Assembly: GCA_964016885.1 (NCBI GenBank)
Contig: OZ024748.1
Location: 46,004,001 to 46,068,000 of the forward strand
Reading direction: 5' to 3'
Length of the DNA: 64,000 nucleotides
DNA from: Eledone cirrhosa
Taxonomy: Eukaryota
A program made the translations under genes and the position numbers. Below the pieces are notes generated by a model, which searched no databases, was not told the DNA's origin, and worked only from the letters and a program-made list of their open reading frames with translations. This document shows, one piece after another, positions 40,724 through 52,778 of the stretch (its first letter is position 1; each line of letters starts with the position of its first letter).

Positions 40724-40728
<5 letters not shown>
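40017..40728. repeat. Large inverted repeat (about 304 bp arms, 105 bp spacer) with a hammerhead at 40151-40212(-)
   Basis: Arms 40017-40320 and 40426-40728 are near-identical; ttttat CTGAAGA aggcatgccatatt..aatatggtatccct GAAA tatgta TA atgaaa. Confidence 0.8.
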
Positions 40729-40774
<46 letters not shown>

Positions 40775-40840
40775 ATGATAAACTTGAACCGTTAAGATCT
40801 CCTTCTTGGGTATGTCAATATTTATAAAACAAACTTTCCA

Positions 40841-40897
40841 TTTTATCTGATGAGACCGTACCAAAGTTTTGGTACCCTTGAAATATATATAATAGAA
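40841..40897 (+). ncRNA. Minimal type I hammerhead ribozyme
   Basis: ttttat CTGATGA gacc-gtaccaaa g ttttggtac-cctt GAAA tatata TA atagaa. Confidence 0.62.
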
Positions 40898-41035
40898 TAA
40901 ATATCGTTTTATATATATAGTTTCCATTTATTAATATCATTGATATTATACTCCAGAAAACTTGTCGAGTTCTTCGAATCAGTTATAAACATATACATTT
41001 GTTGAATTACCAACAAATTAAATATCCCTTTTGCT

Positions 41036-41100
<65 letters not shown>

Positions 41101-41417
41101 GGTAAACAGAAATAACAACACAATCGGTACAGTATATGGAAGGTATATATTAGGTTAACGCTTGATATAGCAGAAAGAGGGTCTTAACGTTTCGGACGCT
41201 AGTCCTTCATGAGAAGAAAGAATGAGAAATAAAATAGATTGAGGGGACGGGCGGGATGGAATTGAAAAAAAATGTCTTTAGATAAAAATAACAGGTCTAT
41301 TCATGTTCACATCTCTTGCAAAACTGTTGGTGCTGGCGTTTTGTGTATGATTTATTTTTTAGAAAAGTGGATGATGGCGCGCGTCTGCCTGAAATAGAAA
41401 AAAAACCGTCCAAGAGG

Positions 41418-41925
41418 AATTTTTCCGTTAAAATCCTGTGGATGGTGCTTCGGGAAACCTCAGGAACCAAAATGCAGAGAGCATCCAGAGTGATCCGCCG
41501 ATTTTACGCCTGTTTTCCTCAACCTTTGCGACTGTCTCGTCGGAAATTAACGGTCTCCCGCTCCTTAGTTCGTCATGAATTTCAGTACGACAGGCTGTAA
41601 ATTTTCTACACCACTTGTGAACGTTTTTGACATCCATCAACGACTGTCCATACACTTCCGTCAATTGGCGATGAATTTTAATCGGTCCAACGCCTTTTGC
41701 GTTCAAAAACCGAATAATTGCGCGAACTTCCCACTTGGCGGTAGAGTTCAACGGGAGCTCCATTCTCAACGGCTGCCAAGCCAAGATTGAGCATCCCAGC
41801 GAAGCGCGCGCATGCTTGTTTAGGAGTGAAGGAAGCAGCAACCACAACAGTGTTGCCAACATCCGTACGAACAGTTTCTCTACGTCCCCATCGCTTTGGA
41901 GACCTTACTTTTGGGAATGCCCTCG
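41418..41925 (-). mobile_element. Mariner transposon 5' fragment (TIR plus N-terminal HTH of the transposase, frameshifted)
   Basis: TA|CGAGGGCATTCCCAAAAGTAAGG terminus; MELPL..EVRAIIRFLNAKGVGPIKIHRQLTEVYG..VHKWCRKF..DELRSGRP, then RRITLDAL..VSRSTIHRILTEK. Confidence 0.88.
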
Positions 41926-41988
41926 TATATATGCATAAATGTATGTTTGTGTATATATATATATACATACATATATATATATATATAT

Positions 41989-42066
<78 letters not shown>

Positions 42067-42068
<2 letters not shown>

Positions 42069-45000
42069 CCAGTGGATGATGGATCAGCTGTCTCTGAGAC
42101 AAATATAAAGAATGCAGTTTTGTCCTGCAGAAGAGCCATCAAAATGGGCACTTTGAATGTGAGGACTATTCGAACGCTGGAGAAGAGAGAGGAGTTGGGA
42201 CATCTGTTCGAGGAGAGTGGTATACAGATACGTGCGATCCAAGAACACAGGATTCTACACGATGAACCCGTGAGGAGTGTGATGATCGGGAGGAAGAGCC
42301 AGCTCATCACTACATCGGCAGTGAAGAACACAACAAATGCTGCAGTAGGAGTGGGTTTTGTGTTCAGTGCAAAAACCAATCTGTTGGTGAGGGAAATAAT
42401 GCCTATCTCCCCGCGAGTGTTGAGGGTGACCTTCAATGGAAACCCAAGACTGACAGTCATCTCAGCCTATAGTCCAACCGAGGGGGACAGTGATGTGAAT
42501 GCCGAGGAGTTCCATGAGGAGGTGTGTAGAGCTGTCAACACCACTCAGGCACACAATATCCTGCTTGTTTTGGGGGACTTCAATGCACATCTGAGTAAGG
42601 AGGGCAGTGAAGATCCTTGCTGGTACTTCCATAACAACACCAACCAAAATGGAAGACTACTGAGAGACACCCTGCTGGAGGCGAACTTGATGGCGACCAA
42701 CCTAAGGTTTAGGAAGAATCTGGGGAAGATGTGGACCTACATCTCAGATATGCACCTGTCCAAGTCCCAGATTGATTTCATTCTGGTGAGGAAAAAGTGG
42801 CGGAATAGTGTTCTGAACACGGAACCATACAGCTATTTCAGTACACTGGGTAGTGACCACCGGCTTGTTATGAGTGAGGTCCGCGTGAGCTTAAGAAAGA
42901 GCAAGGCTCAGCCCCGGAGAACAATCTATGACTGGGGAGCTTTAAAGGAAGATGATAAGCTACAGGAGAGGTTCACAGTGGAAGTAAGAAACAGGTTTAG
43001 TGCTCTGTGTGGAGAGTCAGAGGAGAGAGAGATTGGATGGACTGAGGAGAGTGTGACGAGGAGGTACGGGCACTTCACCAATGCAGTGGCGAAAGCAAGT
43101 GAAACCCTGGTGCCGAGGAAAAAGAACAAAGGGAAGCACGTCAGCTCTGCAAACCCAAAATTGTGTGCAGCCAGAGAACACCTGAAAGCTGCCAGGGACC
43201 AATTCTATGCTGATCCTACGGAGGAGAGGATGGAGACTGTGGAGGTGATGAGGGAAGAGCTCTGTACCGCTTACACTGAGGTCAGAGAGGAGGCACTGAT
43301 AGAGAAGATCAGAAGTGTGGAGAGAGCGGTTGACAGATCTGGATGTAAGGAGAGCTGGATGATCATCAACGAGATCACAGGGAGGAAGAAAAGGTGTTCG
43401 AGTCAGATCCAGGGAACGGGGCCCGAGGATAGGAAGAGGAAATGGCTAGACCATTTTAGGACCCTACTAGGAGAGCCACCCTCCACAGCCCAGAGCACTG
43501 GGGAGATCAGGCGGCTGTTTGAGGAACTGGATGTTGAGACAGAGCCCTTCACCAGAGAGGAGCTTCAGAGAGCCAAGAAGAAGATCAAGGAGGGCAAGGC
43601 TCATGGAGAAGATGGAGTGGCATCAGAGGTGATGAAGAGGTGTGATTTTGATGATATCATCCTGGGGTTCTGTAACGGGGCACTGGAGAAAGGAGTTGCC
43701 CCGAATCAGTGGAGGATCAGTAACATCGTCCCAGTGCCAAAGAAGGGAGATCTCTCTAACACCAACAACTACCGGGGGATCTCACTGACGTCACTTGTGG
43801 CAAAGACCCTCAACAGGATGATTCTTAACAGGATCCAGCCTGAGATGGAGAAGAAGCTCAGGGACAACCAGAACGGCTTCAGAGAGGGTAGATCAACCAC
43901 CAGTCACATCCTGATGCTGAGGAGGATATTAGAGGGAGCTAGAGCAAAGTGCCTTCCTGCGGTCATGGTTTTCATTGACTTTAGGAAGGCCTTTGATTCT
44001 GCGGACCGTTACTGCCTGATGAAGATCTTACAGGCTTATGGAATCCCCAAGAGGATAGTGGACCTGATATCACTGCTCTACACCAACACCAAAGCCCAAG
44101 TCATTACACCTGATGGGATGACAGAGTTCTTTGAGATACTGGCTGGAGTGCTCCAGGGAGATACATTGGCTCCCTACCTTTTTATCATCGTAGTGGACTA
44201 TTGTATGCGCCTTGCACTGGAGAAACACCAGGACTCTGGCTTTACTGTAGCACCGGCTCAGAGCAGGAGAGTTGGGGCGAAAAAGGTATCGGATGCTGAA
44301 TTTGCCGACGACATAGTTTTGGTGACAAATACAGTGAAGGAGGCAGAGGATTTGATGCGGGAGGTTGAGACTGTGTCGATGAGTGTGGGGCTGAGAATGA
44401 ATGAGACTAAAACAAAATATCTGGTAGAGAATGTTGAGAAGCCAGAGGGGATCACTAATGTAGGCGGGAAGCCGCTGGAATTGGTTGAGGACTTCCTGTA
44501 TTTGGGAGCAAAGATTGGGAATACGGAAGATGATGTGGTTGATGGAAGAGCAAGGCCTGGACGGCGTGTCACAGCTTGAGATCGGTGTGGAAGTCGGACC
44601 TTCGTAGAGACCTGAAAATCGGCCTCTTCATTGCTGTAGTGGAGTCTGTGCTGCTGTATGGGTCTGAAACTTGGACACTGACCAAGAGACTCACTCAGAT
44701 GGTGGATCGGTGCTACACGAGAATGCTGAGGATGGCTCTGAACATTAATCAGTATACACTGAGGATGAAAAACTCAGAGCTGTATGGGAGCATCCCAAAA
44801 GTCAGCTCAAAAGTGACACAGAGAAGACTGAGGTTGGCTGGACATGCTCACCGACATCCAGAGCTGACATTGCACTCAGTGCTCCTTTGGGAGCCCCTAC
44901 ATGGACACACTAGAAGAGGAAGACCAAGGTTAACATATGTTGATGCCCTAAGGACAGACACTAGTCTGTTGGAGATGCAGGATATGGCAGCGATAATGAG

Positions 45001-45075
45001 GGACAGAGACCGCTGGAGAGAACTCGTCCATGGATCTCGGGAATTTTACCCGCCTTAGATAGATAGATAGATATA
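42067..45075 (+). mobile_element. Near-intact RTE-type LINE: APE endonuclease plus reverse transcriptase, one frameshift near 44543, (TAGA)n tail
   Basis: MGTLNVRT, IQEHR, YSPT, GDFNA, QIDFIL, SDH; NYRGISL, QNGFREGRST, DFRKAFDS, GVLQGDTLAPYLF, FADD, YLG; C-terminus in ORF 44576-45058. Confidence 0.95.
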
Positions 45076-45221
45076 TATTTAAAGGTTAAACAAGATTCGA
45101 TGAATAAATCAAAGAATTAGTTTTACAAGAGATTGGAAGCACTCAACTGTCAGGTTTTCCGGAGTTATTAATATTCATTCAAAATATTAACAAAAATAGA
45201 ACTTCATTGTGATCAAGTATA

Positions 45222-45284
45222 TTTTATTATACATATTTCAGAGGTACTGAGCTAGCTTCAACAGCACGTCCTCATCAGATAAAA
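45222..45284 (-). ncRNA. Minimal type I hammerhead in a fold-back module (45172-45425)
   Basis: ttttat CTGATGA ggac-gtgctg..cagtac-ctct GAAA tatgta TA ataaaa. Confidence 0.68.
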
Positions 45285-45423
45285 TAAAATTGTCCATGAC
45301 ATACCCTGACATAGTAGATGGTTAAGATCCAGTCATGGTAGTTAGCTCAGTACCTCTGAAATATGTATAATATAATATACTTGATCACAATGAAGTTCTA
45401 TTTTTGTTAATCTTTTGAATGAA

Positions 45424-45500
<77 letters not shown>

Positions 45501-45577
45501 TGGAAAAAATGAAACGAAATTTCATTTCTCACTCTTAGTACGGCTGTTACTTAAATATAAGTTTCTTAAATATAACT

Positions 45578-46102
45578 ATGTACTAGTTTCAAGCTTATTT
45601 GCTATCGCCAGCATCGTATACCTTCCTGCCAGATGATTGAAAGTCTGAAAGTATATACTTTCCTCATGCATATTAACGGCTGAGCAGCCTAATTTGCATA
45701 TCGAGTGAGTCAGTCGGCCGGGCGCACCGAATACGATAAATGGAAAAAAATGAAACGAAATTTCATTTCTCACTCTTAGTACGGCTGTTACTTAAATATA
45801 ACTATGTATACGTACATACATATATGTATACAGACGTACAGAAGTATGTATATATATATATATACATACATGCACACATATATATGTACGTATGGGTTTA
45901 CGGAACATTTATTATAATCCTAGGTTTGTTTGTAAACAAACATCCCGTATTAAGCCGTAGTGTTTAGCAACCATCGTTGCCCTTTTGTTCAACACTGACA
46001 AAGCAACGATGTACTAGTTTCAAGATTATTAGCTATCGTCAGCTCCGTATACCTTCCTGCCAGATGATTGAACGTCTGAAAGTATATACTTTCCTTATGC
46101 AT
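45578..46102 (-). mobile_element. Retrozyme-like repeat, copy B: about 1.2 units with two hammerheads 431 nt apart (46007-46047 and 45578-45616)
   Basis: cggag CTGACGA tagctaataatctt GAAA ctag TA catcg and cgatg CTGGCGA tagc aaataa gctt GAAA ctag TA cat. Confidence 0.72.
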
Positions 46103-46146
46103 ACTACTGTATGTCTGTATACATATATGTATGTACGTATACATAC

Positions 46147-46231
<85 letters not shown>

Positions 46232-46233
<2 letters not shown>

Positions 46234-46418
46234 TATAGATGAGATTCTACAGGACTAGAACTGTTTCATTCTTTAGAAATCATCAGGGATTTCTGATGAT
46301 TTCTAAAGAATGAAACAGTTCTAGTCCTGTAGAATCTCCCCTATATTAAAACTTTTATACTCTGCAATGTATTGAGTACCTTACTTACTGTGGTTACCTC
46401 CGATTCAACCCGGAATAA

Positions 46419-46420
<2 letters not shown>
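46232..46420. ncRNA. Inverted pair of type I hammerheads (46288-46336 plus and its mirror) with a Penelope-like tail
   Basis: CTGATGA tttctaaagaat GAAA cag ttctagtc ctg TA gaatc on both strands. Confidence 0.68.
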
Positions 46421-46453
<33 letters not shown>

Positions 46454-46688
46454 ATATGTGTATGTATATATACGTCTATATATATATATATAGGAACCAG
46501 TAAGACCCCGACAGCTGAGCTCAAGCCGTTTCGACGGCTAATTCTGGACGCAGTCCAGAATTAGCCGTCGAAACGGCTTGAGCTCAGCTGTCGGGGTCTT
46601 ACTGGTTCCTATTACCCACTCTACTACCTCAAGTATTGAGTACTTTGGTGCGTTATGGTCCACCTGGTTCCTTACCACATTTCCTTCG

Positions 46689-46735
<47 letters not shown>

Positions 46736-46768
46736 CATTATATATATATAGACATTATATATATAGAC

Positions 46769-46922
<154 letters not shown>

Positions 46923-47009
46923 TATAATGTCTATATATATATATATATTAGAAAGTGAGGTTTTTTTTACAAAATGAAAAATAACCGAGGTGTCCTACAC
47001 GAGTGAAAG

Positions 47010-47283
47010 TATAAAGAAAAAGAGATGAAATCGAAAATGCAACTGGAGTCTTATGTTTTAAAAAATATATATATATTTATTTGGTTCCTTTACCGGTTTC
47101 GCAGTTCTTCTGCTTTTCAAAAGGTGAGTTGAGATGGAGGGTCTGTGGTTAACCACAGACCCTCCATCTCAACTCACCTTTTGAAAAGCAGAAGAACAGC
47201 GAAACCGGTAAAGGAACCAAATAAATATATATATTTAAAAAAAAAATAAGACTCCAGTTGCATTTTCGATTTGATACCTTTTT

Positions 47284-47290
<7 letters not shown>
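47010..47290. ncRNA. 280 bp palindrome with U3-A8 variant hammerheads (47087-47124 minus, 47177-47214 plus)
   Basis: cctt TTGAAAA gcag aagaa ctgc GAAA ccgg TA aagg; axis 47150/47151. Confidence 0.68.
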
Positions 47291-47362
<72 letters not shown>

Positions 47363-47453
47363 GAATTAGCCGTCGAAACGGCTTGAGCTCAGCCGTCGGG
47401 GTCTTACTTTTTCCGATATATATATATAACTAGCACTTTAGCTATATATATAA

Positions 47454-49027
47454 CTAGCACTTTATCCCGGCGTTGCTCGAGTTTGTTCATTTGCTATGAA
47501 AAGTTACATACAGGTTAACGTAGCTTGAAAGCTCATAAGCTTATCAATTATGTGCATAAAGCAGTTGAACCGGTTATTAATAGTTACGAACTAATTACCA
47601 TTTTGGACAATCAATGATGGGTTAATAATCTTCCAATAGCGAATTTAGTAGACCAACGTTGGAAGATGGTTGCCCTGATTCCGCTGGGTGTCAGATCTGT
47701 CCGCTATGGGTGACCCTACCAGTTTTCCAGACGGCATAGCTCCAACACCTCCAACATCTATAGCACCTCTTTGTAGACGATATTGCATATCGCCTACTCG
47801 GGAACAGGCAACATAAAGTTGGCCATGGGAGATTAGCCAGTTTCAGTCTGAACACACTGGCAATGAGGTCATGTCTGTTCGAATAATTTTGCCCAGGAAA
47901 AAGTTCACGGGTTACATTCCGATTCATATGTCTATAGCATTAATCTGTTATATGAAGTGTTATTTTACGGGTTGTTATTTGCAATAAGCCGATTGAAAAT
48001 GCCCCAGATAAGCCGTATGCTAATACGGAACGCTCCACTGCAGTGTTGTCATATAGTGAGTGAAGAGCGACAGAGAGAGTAAATCAGTTAAATTATAGAG
48101 AGGGGGAATATACGGAACGCTACATTTGATCATATACATTGTTTCTCTCTCTGCAGTGTTGTCATATAGGGAGTGAAAAACGACAGAGAGAGTAAAGCAG
48201 TTAAATTATAGAGAGGGGGAATGATCATGATCGATTTTTGCCTTTATTGTTGATTGATTTGAAATTTCTTTGCTTCATGACCTTCTCCTGACCAAAAGCA
48301 ATAATTGTCCCGACTTTGAATAGAATCCCGTGAAAAAAGTGTTCTCAATTTTTTGTCTCATATTGAGAAAAACAAAGAAAGATAATTACAAAAAGGACAA
48401 CAATAAAATATAATATCTTTGTTGAGAATCATGTAAATAAATGCTTACGTTTGTTGTTTTATAAATTCATCTGTTGCTTTTGAATATTTGTTATTTGATG
48501 TAAAATGTAAGTGTGGAAAATGTAACGTTGAGAGAGCAGTATGTATTTCGTGTTATCGGCTTTTTAAATTTTGATATTTGATGTATGAGTGTCGTTATGA
48601 CTGTTTGTTGCTTAGGTTTCAACGTTTGCGTCGCGTTCCTTCAAAAGAAGTTTTGCCGTTGTTCTAAACTGTAAAGGGTAGTAGACGGAGGCAATAACCT
48701 TTTAAAGAGAGTTGCAGAGGAGATTGAGAGTGGAGTAGAGGAAAAGATGAACCTTTTAAAGAGAGTTGCAACATGTATGTAGTTTCATATATTTTGATGG
48801 TAGTAGTGAGAGGAATGAAGCGTGTAAGAGAGAGGGTTACAGCATGTATTTAGTTTTATCGATTTTTTTTCATAGAAGCAGGAAGAAAAATTATTACGCC
48901 TTGACCTGCCCTGGTAAATTTGGAGCACATTGGAAAAAAAATCATCAAAATCGGTAGAGAAATGTGGAAATGCATAAAAATCATACACACATAGAGACAG
49001 ATATCTACCGTTTTATATATATATAGA
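47454..49027 (-). mobile_element. Non-autonomous Helitron with a residual Rep fragment
   Basis: 5' A|TCTATATAT at 49027; 3' ctcgagcaacgccggg hairpin then CTAG|T at 47454; internal ELFPGQNYSNRHDLIASVFRLKL matches a Helitron Rep motif. Confidence 0.75.
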
Positions 49028-49062
49028 TGTCTATCTATGTGTATATATACTGTATATATATA

Positions 49063-49099
<37 letters not shown>

Positions 49100-49154
49100 A
49101 TATATATATATATATATGAGATTATAGTGTAAAAGTTCAATATTTTCATTTTGC

Positions 49155-49189
<35 letters not shown>

Positions 49190-49216
49190 ATAATAATAAT
49201 AATAATAATAGTAATA

Positions 49217-49400
49217 ATAATTGTTTCTACTTTAGGCACAAGGCCAGCAATTACCCAGTGCATTACTGGTACTTTATTTTATCGACCCCGTAAGGATGAA
49301 AGGAAAGTCAACCTCGGTGGGATTTGAACTCAGATCGTAAAGGGACGTAACTATGATGGAAAGTATGGCGTCCGACCCTCTACCGATACTGCCAATCCAC
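49217..49400 (-). mobile_element. SINE family A with aataatagtaataa TSD
   Basis: Reverse-complement match; flanking direct repeat. Confidence 0.82.
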
Positions 49401-49517
49401 CAATAATAGTAATAACAGTAATAATATAAAATCCAAAGAGGGCTCGATAAGGATAAATATATATCAAATATATATGAACCGTAGAGCAAATATTTATTAA
49501 TAAACTTTAATCTGTTA

Positions 49518-49576
<59 letters not shown>

Positions 49577-49583
49577 TGTAAGA

Positions 49584-49892
49584 AACAAGGATTCGGTGTT
49601 GCAACATAACATATTTAATAAAATATTACATATGTTACACTATAGATCAGCTCGAGGCAAGGCCTATCATAGAAGGAACCTGACTCTGTAATCGAAAGGT
49701 CGTTAGATATGCTTAGTACATTAGTTTCGTCTACAGAATCGGTGAAGAATTCATATACTAAGCATATCTGACGACCATTCGATTACAGAGTCAGGTTCGA
49801 TATATGATAGGTCTTGTCTCGAGCTGATCTATAGTGAAACATATGTAATATGTTATTAAATATGTTAAGTTGCTACACTGAATCCTTGTTCC
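49584..49892. ncRNA. Inverted repeat with a type I hammerhead at 49763-49852(+), long stem II
   Basis: catat CTGACGA ... GAAA catatg TA atatg. Confidence 0.6.
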
Positions 49893-50102
49893 TTATCCCT
49901 ATAGTATTATATTCTGCTCTGCGCAAGCCTTGAGTGGTCAACCGGCATACAGCCTACGGACTCATGTTATATATATATATATATATATATATACATTATC
50001 CTTGTCGAGCCCACTTCGGACTTTAGTCTTCACATTCATTATTATTACTATATATATATATTTACACTCTCCGTGTTCTTTTCAATGGCTGACAATACCT
50101 TA

Positions 50103-50206
50103 CCGGCATGGACACACTGGAAGAGGAAGACCGAAGTTAACATATGTTGATGCCCTAAGGGCAGACACGGATCTGTTGGAGATGCATGACATGGCAGCGA
50201 TAATGA
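50103..50206 (+). mobile_element. Fragment of the same RTE family as 42067-45075
   Basis: HGHTGRGRPKLTYVDALRADTDLLEMHDMAAIM closely matches 44900-45000. Confidence 0.8.
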
Positions 50207-51095
50207 CGATGCTGCGTTTAAAATCACCTCTGATCTCAACATCTTGGACGGGACTGAACCTCTGGACCCTATTTCTCCCCACTTTACCCTGAAGGATCAT
50301 AAATCCAATTTCCCCAACAACCCCTCTATTCGGCTTATTAGCCCTACGAAGTCCGATTTAGTAAACGGATTTTAAATAGAATTATACCTGAAATTAGAAG
50401 CTTGGCCCCTCTTGCGCTGTGGAACAATTCTTTCGCGGTGATTGATTGGTTCAACGGCATATGCAACAAAGAACATTGCCGGTTTATCCAATTCGACATC
50501 AATAATTACTACCCCTCCATCACTTTACCACTTCTTCTTAGAACTATCAATTTTGCTAAAATGCTCACGGTGGTTAAGGATTTCGAAGTTGAGGTCACCC
50601 TCAATGCCCGTAAGTCGGTGATTAATTTCGATGACTCTATTTGGATTAACAAATCTAATATACCCGATTCGATGTGAGTAAGGGCACCAACGATTTTGCG
50701 GAGGTTACTGATCTTATCGGCCTTTCTCCTTCTTTTCTCTATCAAGGAAGATTCCACATCTTGGGCGGTGGTTTGTAGCGTGATGACGGTCTTTTGAACA
50801 TGACAAATTGGGGCCCACGCACTTGCGATAGGTTCAGAAAGAACTCACAGCCTTCTTTAAACGCTTCAACCCCTCCATACAGGCTGAGGACAACCTCTCG
50901 GTCATTAATTACCTCGACGTTACCCTCAATTTGTCTAATGGCTTGCACTACCCGTATAGAAAGCCGAATGATACGCTTAATTACATAAGTAAGCATTCTA
51001 ACCATCCTGCCAGCATAACCAAGAACCTGGTAAGACACGTTTCTTTGAGGCTTTCCCGTCTATCTACAAACGAGCATATTTTCACCAACCATTCC
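50207..51095 (+). mobile_element. Decayed Penelope-like element reverse transcriptase
   Basis: FTLKDHKSNFPNNPSIRLISPTKSDL, VIDWF, FIQFDINNYYPSI, GL*RDDGL, NYLDVTLNL, PYRKPN..YISKHSNHP; stops and frameshifts. Confidence 0.85.
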
Positions 51096-51179
51096 ACATA
51101 AATATGTGTTCTACGTTTCTTATATATATATATATTAAACCCGAAATTATTTGGGATAGTTAAATTTGCTAAGGGAAGA

Positions 51180-51560
51180 TTCCTTTGTTATATTGGCAAA
51201 TTAATTATCTTCATAACACATTGTTTTGATCTTCAAAATTTAAATTTGTGACTCCTTTTAAACAATGCTTCGAGCAAGATACAAATCTCTGTTATGTAAT
51301 CATACACAAAACGCTAGCACCAACAGTTTTCCAAGAGATGTCAACATGAATGGACCTGTTATTTTTATCTAAAGACATTTTTTCCAATTCCAACCATCGT
51401 CCCCTCAATCTAACTTATTTCTCATTCTTTCTTGTGATGAAGGACTAGCGTCCGAAACTTTGAGACCCTCTTCCTGCTATTTCAAGTGTTAACCTAATAT
51501 ATTCCTTCCATATACTGTACCGATTGTGTTGTTATTTCTGTTTACCTTTTACACACACAC
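51180..51560 (+). mobile_element. Penelope-like 3' end with a degenerate hammerhead; same family at 20295-20630, 41095-41340, 63783-64000 (minus) and 6210-6300
   Basis: gtgatga aggac tagc gtcc gaaa; intact version tctt CTGATGA aggac tagc gtcc GAAA cat TA aga at 63871-63906(-). Confidence 0.55.
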
Positions 51561-51886
51561 ATATATATATATATACGAGTGGATTAAACAAAATCTGATT
51601 AAATAATATACACATACACACAAACAGACATATACACACACAAACAAACATATATACAAACACCGCAGGTACACACACATACAGAACTACAATCAGACAC
51701 CCACACACACTCTCTTTAGTAACTTCAACTCTTTAAGTATATATCTATTAAATATATATCTATTGAAGTATATATCTATTAAATTCGCCAACCAACGTCA
51801 CTCACCCCCCTTCCGAAACACTCTCTCTCTCTCTCTGTCTCTCTTTCTCTCTCAGTCTCTCTCTCTCTCCCCCTCTCTCTCTCTCA

Positions 51887-51974
<88 letters not shown>

Positions 51975-52273
51975 TTGTCTCTCTATCGATCACACCTTTT
52001 TATTATAAAGATTAATTACATTTCTCTAGACATCCATCCATTCATACATACATATATTATATATATATATATCGCTCAATGTATATATCTATCTATCTAT
52101 CTGTATATCTATAAATAGAAACGTATATAAACGTTGGCAGTGAAAGAATCATTTTCATTTTGTTGAACTCAGCATATGGATACAGACAACTGCTCGGGTG
52201 AACGCGCGCGCGCGCGTGTTTGTGTGTCTGTGTGTGTGTGTATAAATGTATATATCCTGTATTATTTCCTTAC

Positions 52274-52442
52274 AGAGGTTCGGACGCCATGCTTTGACGC
52301 ATAGAGTTACGGCCCTTGCCATTCTGAGTTCAAATCCCGCCGAGGTTAACTTTGCCTTTCATCCTTACGGGGTCGATAAAATAAAGTACCAGTAATGTAC
52401 TGGGTAATTTTCTGGCCTTGTGCCAATAGTAGAAACAATTAT
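52274..52442 (+). mobile_element. SINE family A, 5'-clipped
   Basis: B box, Meta domain and tail. Confidence 0.8.
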
Positions 52443-52706
52443 TTCCTTATAAAATTATATGTTTTTTCACAAAAAAGTATTCTGTCTCTTATATATTCCA
52501 TGTGCCATTACCAACCTCAATTTTCTCTATAACCTTCGTTTTGTGTAGTAAATTACACTTTTCATATATATAAATATATATATAAATATGAATATATATA
52601 TTAAAAATATATATATATATATTTATTAAAATAACAGATTAAAGTTTAAGCAAAGAATCGCTGCTTTCACCCTTAACGGGATCTTCTGAAACTAATTTAT
52701 TATTAT

Positions 52707-52746
<40 letters not shown>

Positions 52747-52778
52747 AGATCAAAAGATGGTTAAAGGAGTTCCATGTA

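Noticed and set aside
41787-42066. N-terminal extension of the 930 aa ORF
   Set aside because: It reads through the antisense mariner end and (TA)n/(GA)n tracts; LINE homology starts only near 42067-42144.
46061-46092. Plus-strand CAGATGA...GAAAgtatatacTT as a second hammerhead in the retrozyme-like unit
   Set aside because: Non-canonical core with no stem I; better explained as a simple hairpin. The convincing motif is on the minus strand.
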